DNA of 56,988 bases from Paraspadella gotoi (GCA_051294375.1 CM119266.1:12211432-12268419); one strand, 5' to 3'. Shown: positions 1-29,497, counted from the first letter of the stretch. Notes: a model not told the origin generated them from the letters alone. Program-made: numbers and translations.

Positions 1-169
1 GGAGGTTTATTGACCGATTCCATTAAGGAGGTTTTGTTGGATCCTCGTCGGGATGGAGATGCTTATTCAATTTTATGCGTATTTGAAATTTTGATTTGAT
101 TCGATTTAAAAGTTCCGGGTCTATTTTCGTTGTATCTTTCTCTTTTCTTTTTTGAGCTTCTTCTTTGGC

Positions 170-286
<117 letters not shown>

Positions 287-670
287 GACTTTGTTTCATG
301 CTTTCTTTTTTTTTCTCTCTATTTTCTTTTTTTATTCTTTTTCTGGTTCTTCGCTCCTTTTTTTTCTTTTTTCCCGTTTTTTCCTTTCTTTATATTCCTT
401 TTCTTTTCTCTCTTTTCCTACTGTCTCCTTTTCTTACATTCTTTCTCTCTTCAATCTCTCTCGTTTCTATCAACGCAAAGGTCTAGTATCCAAGATGGCG
501 CCATATGGACTTTTCTGAGACCAAAGTTACTTTTGACCTTGACGCTCTTTCGTTATCACGCATTTTGTCTTCGTCGTCGTCGTCGTCGTCGTCAGCAACA
601 ACGCGCTCTCGTCCTTGAACGTCATATCTAAAATCGCCGTATCCTTCGCTGCGACTAAAAAACGTCCTCT

Positions 671-704
<34 letters not shown>

Positions 705-1509
705 TGTCTTACTGGTCGATTTCGTTGTTATCATCAGCATCAACATTCAACAATCATCGAAGCGGCGGCGGCGGCGGCGGGGTAGGCGGTGACAGTGGAG
801 GCGGCGGTGAACGAAGTCTCCGACCGGCTACAGATATGAGATTGCCTCCAGATTAAGCCGTCGGGACAGAATCGAATGGAATCGCATCAACAACGACATA
901 AAAAAAAATGGACACAAGATGGCGGATTCGTCTGGGGGACGAAGAGTCGGTACGAAAACAAAAGTCGCGCGATTTTATCGATTTCGAGGGAAATCTCTCT
1001 CCGTCGTCGTCGTCCTGTTCATCGTCGTTCAACAAATCTTGTCTTTTTGTGTGTGTGTGTGTGCGTGTGTGTGACTGTGTGTCCGCTCTCACGTTGACCG
1101 AACGACATTGTAAACAAAACCGCGATTCCCCTTTGTTTTTTTTTCTTGTTTTTTTTATTTTTTTTTCTTTCGCCGACGAAAATCGTTTTCGATGAAATAT
1201 TTAAAGAAGAAGAAAAGAAAAAAAAATCGTTTCGCGTTTCGCCAAAAAAAAACGAAAGGAAAACAAACGCCGGGCGGAAGTCGATAAACCGCAACGACAA
1301 CGACAACATAAACGACGACGACAACAACAAAAGCAAATTTTTGGGTATCTCTTTCTCTCTCTCTCTTCTCCTTTATCCTTTTTGGAAGATTGCAAAGAAA
1401 AAAAATGATGATGGAAGTAAACAATGAATTTTGACAGTTATTGGTTTTTTTCCGAATTTTGATAGCTTCATCCGAATTTTGATCGCTTCATGGCCTTTGA
1501 AAATTTTTT

Positions 1510-1566
<57 letters not shown>

Positions 1567-2049
1567 AACACACTCTTGCAGACATCATCATTTTCCATGT
1601 TACGCTTTGTGTTTTCACTTTATCTTCTCACGCTCTCCCTTTCTCATCTTTCTCTCTCCTTCCTTTTCCCCCGCAGGCGACGCTAGTCAATAAACAAACA
1701 AGCTTCGACGGGAGCCGAGATTCCGGCCACTTCCGGCTTCAAAACCCGGATCTAGCCTCCTTCGTCTTTTCCCCGATCGTCGCGAATCAACGACCCGGAT
1801 TTGAACCAACGGATTTTAACGCAAAAGAAATGTAAACAAAACGAAAATAAACATTAAACAAACAAATTGTATTCGACGAGCCACTCGACGATTTCGTTCC
1901 CTCGGCCGAAAATCATCAAGCCGACGAAATATCTTCGGCTCGAGATCTCCTCTGCCCGACAAACTCTTTCTTTCCCTAGATTCACTTCCCCCGATTTAAA
2001 AAAAAAACTCTTCCCTCTTCGAATTCTCCGCAGCAGCCAACCGCAGGCC

Positions 2050-17939
<15,890 letters not shown>

Positions 17940-18963
17940 ATGAGAAGAAGAAGAAAAAGAAGGAAAATAAAAAGAAAAAGAGAAAAAAAAAACAAAATCG
18001 AAAATAAAGCTTGAACTGAAGAAGCAAAAAAAAAAAAGAACAACCGAAAGAGCGCGGTCGACGGCCCTCCGAGAGAAAACTTGATTCTCAAAAAAAAAAA
18101 ATTTACTCTTTTTTTTCAATAATTTTTTTTTTTCGAGACGAAGAAGATACTCGAAAACAAAATGGCGTAACCTCTTCAAAGTCACTCACTCCCCGTAAGA
18201 GATTTATCACCCAATATTTTTTTTTTCGTTTTTTATCCCGTGTTTTTTTTTTCTCGTGAAATTCCGTTGCTCACGACCTCCCTAAGACTCACCCACTCCA
18301 TTCTTCCTTGAATCAACTCCTCTTTTTTTCATCTCCTCTCTCCGTTTCACCTCACTCCTCTCTTAGCCTCACCCCCCTTCCCTTTCTCTCTAATTCCCCT
18401 TTCCCCCTAATTTCACGCGAGCACGATTCATTCATTCACCAATATCTTCAAAAAAAAAAAAAAGAAAAGAATTAAATTGTGACTCGAGTCGATTTTTTTT
18501 ATTTTTAAAATAAACTTTGATTTTTTTCTTCTTTTTTTTAAATGATTATATTTTTCCTCCCACGCTCGATGTCTTTATTAAAACTGGCGAGGTCTTCCAT
18601 CTTTCCTCTCGCCCGAGGATGTCTTTAGAAACAATGATTCCATTAATGTCGAAACAAATGACGAAATAAAAATAAAATGTGCGAGAAAAAAAACAAAAAA
18701 CGAGAGCATAAAAAAAAACAAAAAACGAAAAGGCAATGCCGTTCTTCCACAGAGTTTCCCCCCCTTTCCACATCTCCGTGTTATTAATCCCCTTTTTCGA
18801 ATTTTTCCTTCTTTATTCTAATATCGAAAACGAAACGAACAAAAAAAAACCTATTCATATCTAGTCATGGGTCTTTTTAGAAATCGTGAACCTTGTCATT
18901 TAGAAGTAGTAGTCGATATCAATCATTCTTATCTCTCTACGTGATCTCTCTTTTATCGCCAAC

Positions 18964-19080
<117 letters not shown>

Positions 19081-19772
19081 GAGTTTTCACACGATTTGAG
19101 AAAATTGTTTATAAAACGTGAGAAAATAAACCGCATCTAATTTTACTTTTTCCCTCCCAAAAAACAAAAAAAGCATCGTTTAGTCCTTAGAGTAGTTTTT
19201 TCTTCCAGATTTCATACTCACGGCCCAATGGTCTCTTTCTTTCTCTCTCTCTCTCTTTCTCCCTCCCCCCCCCTACCCCTCCCCCGCATGACTCCTTGTT
19301 AAGTATCGGAATTCCTGAATCCCGGTAGATAGGGACATCTCTCTCTCTTTTTTCTCTCTGTCTCTCTCTCTCCCTCCTACGATCTATTTTTCTCTCTCTT
19401 TCCTTTTGATTTTTTTTCAATTATCGTCTACCAATAGCGAATTTTAAATAGAGACAATAACAATATTCAATTTTCTGTTATCCTTCGGAGCGTCGTCTTA
19501 CTTTTTTGTTACTATACATGTGCGTATCTTTTCAAAGAATTTTTCATCTTCCGAAGTATCGCATTAAAATTTTGTTTTCGCTTTTCAAAAAAAAACAAAA
19601 ACAAACAAACAAAAAAATTACATATATATAATTTATCGTGTTTATTTTTCGCTTTCCGCGATTTGAGCCTGCGCGCTTGAAATCCGCCATTTTTTATTTC
19701 AGCATTTTTTTCGTTTTTCTTGATACGAGTTGTGTTTAGAATGAGTTGCCTTTGTACATGTATTCCTGATAC

Positions 19773-19778
19773 AATAAA
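19773..19778 (+). promoter_or_regulatory. Candidate polyadenylation signal of BAHD1 (~1.8 kb 3' UTR)
   Basis: AATAAA preceded by TGTA elements (ttgtacatgtattc) and followed by a GT/T-rich tract. Other AATAAA hexamers exist further upstream. Confidence 0.4.
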
Positions 19779-20340
19779 ATATGTTACGTAACTATTGAAT
19801 CGTTTGCTTTGACAGTTCGCTAATGAGTTAACAGTACAGTGTTTATGCCTAGGCTTGTATTTGATTTATCATCTAGAAAATGACGGAAAGATAGGTTTAG
19901 GAAGAGATTGGAAAGTAATTTTTTCCTACAATTATATGAATAGGAACAGCTGGTAACTGGTAAGTCGTAAAATCTTGTTTAATCATCTATAGGATTAGGT
20001 AATACGTATCCATTAAAGTCCATATCGTAATCAATAACATCATCATGATCTTCAAAATCCTCATCTTTTCTTCGTTTATCACCAATATTATCATATTATC
20101 ATATTATCATAATATCATAATCACCTGCATAAGCCGACAAATTGTCTGAAAAAACATTTCCACCAGGCGCCCTTCTTAAATGGCCTCTGGCCGCCGTAAA
20201 ATTGTCCTCCTTTAAAAATCCCGCTTTCCCTCATCGACTCGATTAACGCGATAGAAATTTAGGAAACACGAAAAAAAAATTTTTTTAGAGGCCACGCCCA
20301 TTTTTGTCCTTGGGGTGACGGGGTGGTACGCAGAAGTTTC

Positions 20341-20643
20341 ATGGAGTTCAATCCTTGCTGCAGCTGCGGGGATCCGCCGGTCGACGAGGGCGGCGGCGAA
20401 GCTCCGGGCGCCGCCGCAGCTCCGCCGGGATACTGCATCCTCGCCCTCCCTCACTGCCCGGCGTGCGCGCGCATGCCTTTCCACGAGACGACCGCGCTGC
20501 CCACTTGTTGTGCCCACGTGCGAATTTATCCTCGCGTGCAAAAGGAGAGAAGGGAGAAGAAGGAAAGGGTGAAGAAGGAGAAGAAAGAGAGAGTAAAGAA
20601 GGAAAGAAAGGTAGAAGAGGAAGTGGAGGAAGAAGAAGAAGAG

Positions 20644-20678
<35 letters not shown>

Positions 20679-21614
20679 AGAGGAAGAGGAAAAAGTGAAG
20701 GAGGTGGTGGTAAAGAAGGAAAAGAAGGAAAAGGTGAAAAAAGAAAAAAAGGAGAAAAAGGAGAAAGAAAAAAAAAAGGAGAAAAGGGAGGAAAAGGAGG
20801 AAAAAGAAGAAGAAGAGGTAAAGGAAGTAAAGGAGGAAAAGAAGGAAAAGAAGAAAAAGGAAGTAAAGAAAGAGAGAAGCAAACGATTCATCGTTGGACA
20901 AGCGCCGAAATCACACACGTGAGTACTGGAGATTTTATTATTAACATAATCATTATCAATATCATAATAATTATTAATCATAAATAATAACCTCGTTAAT
21001 TTTATATAATTATTAACCAAACAACTCGGCGACTTTTCAGTGAACTTCTCAAGGTTCAACGGGAAGAAAAAGTGCTAGAATACCAAGAAGAACTGGTGCG
21101 CCAGATCGAGGAGGCGAATACGCGGCGTCAGAAGATGCGAGAGCGCCGCGAAAGTCAGGCCTCCATGAGGAGCGCCGCGTCTGAAGCCGGATCCGACGGG
21201 TCCGGGATCAGCTTGACGGCGCGAACAGTTCCTGGGTCCCTCGCCGGGAGTCTGGCGCCAGGGGGCGCTGCGTCTCGGATGAGCTTCGGTCCCGGCGCCG
21301 GATTTGAAGGAGGCGGAGGAGCGAGCGTCATCGCGAGACCGCCGAGACCCGGCCGGGGCCGGGGCGCTGATTTGGGCGGACACAAGAGCGTGGGAATCGT
21401 CGGTGGTCCCGGCGAGGCGTCACGGATCAGCGTCAAGCCAGGCCTCGACAGGGATGCGCGGAAAAGCATCGAGTTTTTGGGCGTGGGAGCCGGAGCGCCG
21501 TCGCGAATTATGATGGCCTCACTGGCGAGCGAAGCGTCGAAAGCAGGGTGAGTGAAATGTGGCCCAAGTTTGAATTTGAATGTTGAATTTGGAAAGAGAT
21601 ACACTATTTACTTT

Positions 21615-21690
<76 letters not shown>

Positions 21691-21706
21691 TTACTTACTA
21701 TCTTTA

Positions 21707-21746
<40 letters not shown>

Positions 21747-24700
21747 TTTCTCTCTCTCTCTATCTCTCTCTTCAGCATTCAGATGGGAGGTGTCTCCAAG
21801 AGTCTCCTGGCCCGACTTTCCACAGTCGCCCCGCCTCCAGATCGAAAGAAACAGCAGAAGCGACCGCTGGAGCCCAAGGCATCGACGAGGATGTCGACGA
21901 GCAGCTTCGCGCACCCCGACGGTGTTGAACCGTCGCAGGGGCGGCTGGAGACGTGGAGATCCGAGACACGATCTGTGGGAAAGAAAATTAGCGGAGATTC
22001 GCCCCTTAAATTCGACGCAGGAGAGAGAGGTAGTCTTCCTAAGAAAAAAAGCAGCATCGGCGGCGGCTCGGTCCGGCAGAGCAGTAGTGGCGGCGTGGGT
22101 AGCGATCGTGGAAGCTTCGGCGGCGGAGGCGGCAGCGGCGGTAGCCGTCTACACAGCGTCCGCGGCGGGCGAAGCAGTGTCGGTGCCGACAAGGTCGGTA
22201 GCGGTCTACAAAGCGTGCGCGGCGGGCGCAGCAGTATCGGTGGCGACAAGGTCGGTAGCGGTCTCCGGAGCATCCATAGCCGTCGCAGCAGCGTCGGTGG
22301 CGCTGGCGGCAGCGTCGGCCGAAAGGAGTCCGAAGACGTTAACATCGAGGAATACGTTGAGAGTGACGTCGATGACGTAGCGATGGTTGAGAAGGAACAG
22401 AAATTCGTGAGGTCATTCTACTCTCCATTTTAAGAGAACTAAGTTCTTTTTATTTTTTATTTTGTATTTGAAAAATTAATTAATATTTTATATATATTAC
22501 TAATCAATTAATTAATTCATTTATTTTTGGTAAAACAGCAAACACAAAATCCCCATAATTGAGGAACCAACCCCCAAGATTTCAAAAGTGAAAGCGCCGC
22601 CAAAGAAGGCACCATCCACTCGTCTGCCATCGAAAACGGCGTCGGTGGCAGCATCATTGGCAGCGTCGTTGGCGGCGTCACTGGCATCGTCGCCGGCGTC
22701 ATCGCCGCCCCTGTCACCATCGCAATCAGTGGCGGAATCTCTACCGCCATCGGCGCCATCCTCGCCATCTCCATTACAATCTGAAGCGCCATCTGAATCT
22801 GAATCGGCCACGTCTCTGGTTTCGGTCGAGCAGCCGGCGCCGTCAGACTTCCAATCAGATGATGAAGAAGTCGACGTCATGCGACCGGGAAAGAAGTTTT
22901 GCGGCAATGAGCGATGCAAGCGCGGTCGGCGCCGACGCCAGGATCCCAACCTGCTCGCCGTTCCTCGAACCGGCAGGTGCGGGCCAAACGCCAGGTGCAA
23001 GCGGCCCAAGCGAGACTGCGATCTGGAACTTGAAGAACTCTTACTTAAGAAATACGCCCTTATCAAAGAATATGTGACTCTTGCGCAGAAAACTGGTCTG
23101 TTGCCATTGGATGATCCATCGCTGATTCGTAGAATCGATGAGAAAGACAATGATAGAGACAGAGTCGATAAAAGAAGGCGAGACCTCGGTTTTGAATCAG
23201 AAGAAAGAAGAACGATAATGCATCCTTTCATGGAAGATCAGATGAATACCGCAATCCAAATTTCCCAGTTTCCCCACTCAATCCAACCGCAGCCTCAAAA
23301 GGGAAGATGCGGTAAAAATGCAAAGTGCAAGATGACAGCAATGGAAGAGCGGATAACTCCCATGATTCAAATACCACAGGTTCAACAATGGATTCAACCG
23401 CAAATGTTGAATTTAAGAGGCAGGTGCGGGGAGAATGCCAGATGCAAAAGGCTGAAGAGAGAATGCGATGTAGAACTGGAGGATTTGCTGACGAAGAAAT
23501 ACGCGCTCATCAAAAAATACATGAAAAAAGTGGAGAAAAGAAATAAGAATAAAAACTCAAAAAAGAAGCGACATCGACAATGCTATTTTGCTTACAATAA
23601 CAACATCAATAACCATAATTACAACAACAATGCAAGTAGTTACGACTTTAGCGACGACGATGACGACGACTTTAGCGAGGACAGCGACGACGACTACGAC
23701 GACGACTACGACGACGACGACGAAGAATCTTTTGGTTTCAGCGACAGCGATAGCGAATCTTCTCAGGACTCCTCTGAAGATGAAGAAACCAACAACTATA
23801 ATACTTTCGACAACGTCTACATCGGCGATTATTCCGACGAATCAGACGAAGACATTTGCTGCGTTGACAGACGAAGTTATAATCATATCGGTAGGTATGG
23901 CTCGATACAAAACATGTACAGCAGAGCGTATTACGATGACCGATGGCGAAACGGTTTAAGTCAAAGAAGATGCCACGACCGCAGTTACGACAGCGATTGT
24001 TATAACAACAAATACGACTGGAGACGTGACGGAAACAGAAACAGAAACAGCTTTTCGGAAAATATTTACGAAACGGACGCCGCCTCATTCGGGATTGATG
24101 ACAGCGAGACGGTGGACGAATCCACCGACACCAGCGACACTTGCGCCACTGACAACGCGAACCAAAATCGAAAGAAACAAAAAGGAAAATCAAAAAATAA
24201 AAAGAGTCCCAAGGGAAAAAAGGGAAAGAAAGGAAAGAAGAAAGGGAAACAGAAGGGAAAAGGATCGAAGGGAAAAAAGAAGAAGGCGATCGCGGAAAAG
24301 AAGAGTCCTACTCACGTTCACCACGGAGAGGGCGATACGGACGATGAGGTTGACGGTGATCACGTGTCGCACGAACCAGAGGAGCACGAGACTCACGACT
24401 ACGACTACGATCACTATTCGCAAGACCACGCTCACGTTCCTTGCCCGCTTCCTCCGGAGCCTCCCGAGCACCAGTTCGTCTGCCCCGTTCTCCCACCCTT
24501 CCCTCGAATCCCCTGCTACTGCAACAAGCCCTTCTGCGCCGAGTACGACCGAAAGAACGACCCGGAGACTCCCGGCGAACGCGCCCTTCGTCGGCACATC
24601 TATTGCTTCAAGACTTTACTCGAATCTCCGCGCGAGAGGCCGCCGCACAAGCCGGGCAGTCTGCCTCCTTGGTGGAAGGCGAGGAAGAAGGAGATCGACG

Positions 24701-27678
24701 CCGCCGGGCCGAGGAAGAAAGGAAATGGCGCTGCGGCGCCACGCCCGTACGGCCGCGGAGAGATGCCGCGTTGGTGGGCCAAGCGACGTCTCGAAGTGGA
24801 CCAAGCGAGGTCGGGCGACGGACCCCATGCGCATTGTCTCGAGGTCTTTAACGACGTGAGGCAGATCAAGTTCGGCGTCTTACCCTGGTGGTGGGATATT
24901 CGGAAGGAGGAGGTGAGGCGCGCTTCGGATATCAAGGCGGGTCGGCTGGTGGAGTATGAGGACGACTACGAGGAAGGAGAGGGAGAAGATTTTGAAGAGT
25001 ACGGGGAAGGAGGGGAAGGAGATGAGAGGAGACCCATGACGGAGATGCAAATGTCGATGAAACCGAATAGAAAGTTCTTGGAGGAAATGGAGCCGGCTCG
25101 AGTGACCTTGGAGCGGCAGCCGAGCAAAAAATATTCGTCGAAATTCTCGATGACGACGCTGAACACGATGCCGAGACTTTCGGGCAAATCGATTCTTGCA
25201 GGTGGGCGTGTCTGGATGTTGATATGAAATACTTTCGTTGGTAATTTGGTGGAAGAGGCTCAATTTGATGAAAATAGTAATTTACTTAATTTTTTCATTT
25301 ATTTATTTATTTACCAACTGAAAAATTATTAAATTAATAATTTTAATTAATAAATAAAAAAAAAACAGTATTTGTATTTCTGTAAATAGTTTAGTCGACA
25401 TCTTTTTAGAAAATATATAATAATGAAATAATATTTTATTTGAAAATCTAAGAGTAACTTAAAGTAATAATGAGAAAACAAAATATTGTTTTCAGGAGAC
25501 GGAAAACATAAACCTCAAGAAATAGGAAAAAGGTAATTGGGACTCTTTCCCTTCTATTCTACTTTCCTACAGATAAGGAAAATTCGTCACTTTAGGACTT
25601 ACTACAATAACTTCTTCCTGACTTTTTCTCCCTGTCATTGTTCTATAATTGTTTTGATTGGCTCGCCGGGACTTTAAGTTGGCTTGCCTCTTTTTTCTGG
25701 TTTTCCATCCCAGCACTTTTTTTTTCTGCAACTTTTGCTTTTTTTTTAGGTGTTGTTTTTATTTTTAGTTGAGCCGTGAATACTCGCGGAGCAACTATAT
25801 AAGTTTCGGTCGGTTTGTCGATCTGTCGGTCGGTATGTCTGTCCCACTTACGTCAAACATGCATATAACACGCCTATTTGCTCATTTGGTAAGACAAAAA
25901 AAACCTAAAATCGAAGGGACTGCTCGCGCAGCCTTCAGGAAATCCTAAAACTATAAAGAATAAAAGACGTAATTCCGAGGCAGTGCGTGTCATAAATACA
26001 CAGGCTAAAAAAGTTATTGAAGTCATGTCATATCATGTCGCAAGAAATACACATGAAAATAAAGTGACTGCGGCGTAACTCATTAGCTGAACCGATCTTA
26101 TTCTATTGTATCTCCTCTCTCCAGCTTTGCAGGCCCCCTCTCACGTTTTTCTCATTCCCTCCTCACAGTCTATTTCAGTTTTGCTCCAACGATTCCTTCT
26201 CTCATTTTCTTCATCATTTCTTCTCCTCCTCCCACCATTTTAGCCGCGTCTCCTTCGCGAGACAAGGGGACGGTTTATCGGACATTGACAGCGCGTCAAA
26301 ATCGTTACCGGATTCGAGACCGGAAGAGGGAGAGAATAGCGAAGTCTTTTTTTGGGACTTGGGGACGGAACGCGTCCAAGAGATGGAAGACTTGGAGGAA
26401 GGTTTGTGGTCTGAGCCTCCACCACTTGGCGAAGGATTCGAGGGAGAAGGGATCTTCGACGGAGGTCTCTTCGGCGAAAGTCCCTACAACAACGAGGCAG
26501 AGGATTTTGGGTTCGATGTCTACGATCCTGAAAAGCCTCGCCAGCAAGTCCGCGACGGAGATGGCGACGAGGGCGAAGACATTCCCTTCGACTACGAGGA
26601 TGATTTTGAGGAAGAGTGGTTACGATCCGTAGAGGACCCCATCGAAGGTTCAAAAGGATATCAGATGCCGAGCAACCCTTCAACGAGGTCGAGTTTTGAA
26701 GACATTTACAAACAAAAACAAAAAAACAGAATGATCAGTAAAAACGCGACGATGGAACGATCCGAGGTCACGGCTTCGCCACGGTCGGTCGAATTGGCGA
26801 ACGAGTCGAGATCCTCAAGGAAAGTGGGTTCCAGTACTTTTACGGGAAAGAGCAACACTTATACGGAAACCGTCGGCGCCGAAACGATGACTCCCACCGA
26901 GTCAATCCCGTGGAGAAAGAAATATATCCAAGAGAGGGATGTATTAGACGTCCGCACCAGCAGTGAAACTATGGTCGCCTCGGGGTCGTTTTCATTGTTT
27001 AAAAGACGAAGAGCAAAGGGAAAGTCTGCTGCGGAGACCAAACCATTCGATCGAAGGGTCAGTAGTGAAACTATGGTCGCGTCAAAATCTATAAGGAAAT
27101 CTTCAAGGAAAGTTATGAGAGAAAAATCTGCAGTCGAGAGTGAACCATTAGATGGTAAAGTCGGCAGTAACACAGCGGTCACCTCGGAGTCGGGTTCATT
27201 GTTTAAGCGGAAAACTGCGATAGTGAAATCTGTTATGGACAGTAAACCATCAGATAGACGGGTCAGCAGGGAAAATATGACGCCAGAATCAACATCATTG
27301 CTCAAAAGGAAAATTGCTAATGGGAAACCGGAGTCAGAAAACAAATTATTCAATGAATACATGAGCGGTGAAACAATGGGGCCGTCAGAATCTAAGCCGG
27401 TGCTTATAAGGAAAGTCTCTCTTGGAAAGTCAGTCGCGGGAGGGGAGTCATTGGACAAAGCCTTCAGCAAAACCATAGTGACATCAGGGTTTTCGCTAAA
27501 AAGAAAAGTGGCGCAAGGAAGAACCGATGCATCTCAGGAAGTTGGTCGGCGGGTCAGTTTTGAATCGGAGAAAACGTCACAGAGTAAAGGAACTGAAAAA
27601 AGTTTTAACTACTCCAGCGAGACTTTTCAAATTGATAGTTACTCCTCCGTCACGTCGGGCAGTGATTCGTGGGCGTGA
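20341..27678 (+). CDS. Uncharacterised large low-complexity, repeat-rich protein, 6 exons, ~1951 aa
   Basis: Exons 20341-20918, 21041-21547, 21776-22411, 22539-25201, 25496-25532, 26244-27678 join with matching phases (2,2,2,1,2). The total of 5856 nt is a multiple of 3 and links track ORFs 20323, 21072, 21783, 22588 and 26359. AATAAA lies at ~27803. The exon 3 donor (AG|GTCATT) is weak and the start codon is uncertain. No recognisable known domain. Confidence 0.7.
25782..26102 (+). mobile_element. Probable non-autonomous Helentron/HINE-like element remnant (intron 5 of the orphan gene)
   Basis: Starts TTTTTAGTTG...CAACTATATAAG (short sub-terminal inverted repeat), followed by a (GTCG/GTCT)-type microsatellite, and ends ...CCGATCTTATT. 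The architecture resembles DINE-1/HINE elements; no homology search was done. Confidence 0.3.
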
Positions 27679-28471
27679 GCGTCCAAGGAAGATGACAGCT
27701 ATAGAACATATACATTTAGTTTAGGCAAGAAGAGAGAAATTTCTCTGCTCGAAACTTTACGTTTAAAATGCGTCGATTTCGATATTCCCTCCAAAGAGTT
27801 CTAATAAACCACTAAATTTTATAATGTACAATTTTTTTTAGTCCTAAATTAAAAGTAACTAACTATAAAAGATAATCTTTTTTTATCGTCTACGTAAATA
27901 TAACGGCTCGCATTAGGCAAATACAAGTAGTGATTGATGCAACATGTATTATTTATAATACAGATGAAAAGCGAAAAGTAAAAGCAATGATCGGTAACAA
28001 CGTCATATTACGCAGTAGTACCACGCAGAGAATAAATCGCTACAAGCTAATTTATAACAAAATGCGTTTCTTTTTTAAATTTTTTTTTAGGATAAATTAA
28101 TAGTATTTTTTTTTGGGGGGGGGCGAGGTTATAATTAATATCTTGCAAAATGCGTGATACCATGCTATTACTCGCTTAACCAACAAGCAACAAATAAAAA
28201 GCATTTCTCCATAATGTCCTGAATTGCACGATTCACTAGTTGAATCGTATCTGGTTAAACACTATTCTAATATATAAATACACGAATCGACTATCCAGTA
28301 TCTTCACAATACTTTTTTTTATAACATCCCAGTCATTTAACACCCCTAAGTACAATTGAGGGGTTAGGCTAAACAAGTTAGTCAATAGTCCTAAATTTAT
28401 CTCTTTTAATAGTAGATACGAAAAAAAGAATGAAATTTAAAAAAATCGAACCACGCGCGAGCAAAGCGAGA

Positions 28472-28506
<35 letters not shown>

Positions 28507-28602
28507 AACGACGACGACGACGACGACGTTGAAAGAAAAAAAAAAATAAATAACGAGTACTACAACTACTCGACGATAGTGCGCGAATAAAACGATCCAA
28601 GT

Positions 28603-29497
28603 TCACTTTTGAACTTGAAACATGATCAGCCTAAAGTTGATGGTCTTGGCGGACAACAGCTTGTTGCACTCTGTGCTGTTGGGCAAATACAGTGTGCAAT
28701 ATTCCGTCTCGGTCGTTTCCGCGTCGAATGTAAAACGGTACACCGACGGGGTCTGGAGATAGAAATGAGTAAAAGTTAAATATAAATAATTAAATTTGAA
28801 GCTAAAATATAAATTAAAATTTTATTAAAATAAAAAATTACTATTATATAAAGTGAAGCAGTAGTTATAAAGGTAAAAAACAAAACAATTTACATACCAA
28901 GCATTTTAGTTATTTAATATTTTTTTTAAATTTTTTTTTAGTAAAAGCTATACATGTATAATTATATATGTATATGGCAAATTTTAATGATTAAAAACTG
29001 TCAAAGAAACTTTTTTTACAAAACATTACGAGTGACCACTGACCAGCTTAATTTTCTAATGACAGCTCTAATTAGCTCAGTAAACGTCAGCATTGAAACC
29101 CCGTATAAAAAAACAACAATAAAATATCCGACTGACCTCGAGCTTGAACTCTCCGTAAGGTCCGCAAAGCACGACGAAGTGAACATCCAATGGGCTCGTG
29201 ATCTTACTTTTTAAGCAAAGCTGAAATGAAAGAAAAAACAATTAAAAAAAAAAGAAAAGAATTTCTGTCATTTTCCAGTATTCGTCCTCAAAATGATCTA
29301 ACCTGGTAAGATAGGTATCGGTTGGAAGTGAGGGCCGGATCTTTTTGGTTGTCGTTGACGCGACCCTTGACGACCCACTGGTTGTTGAAGGCGGAAAATC
29401 GTGAGGTCTCGTAGTAGAGGCGAGTGATGAAGTCGTCCGTTCGGTAGGGGCGCAATTGAAGATCTGTGAAGTGAGGTAGGGTTCTCTAAATCTTTAA

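Noticed and set aside
491-925. YY1-like CAAGATGGCG motifs
   Set aside because: The same string also occurs in coding exons (KMA). Without TSS data it cannot be called regulatory.
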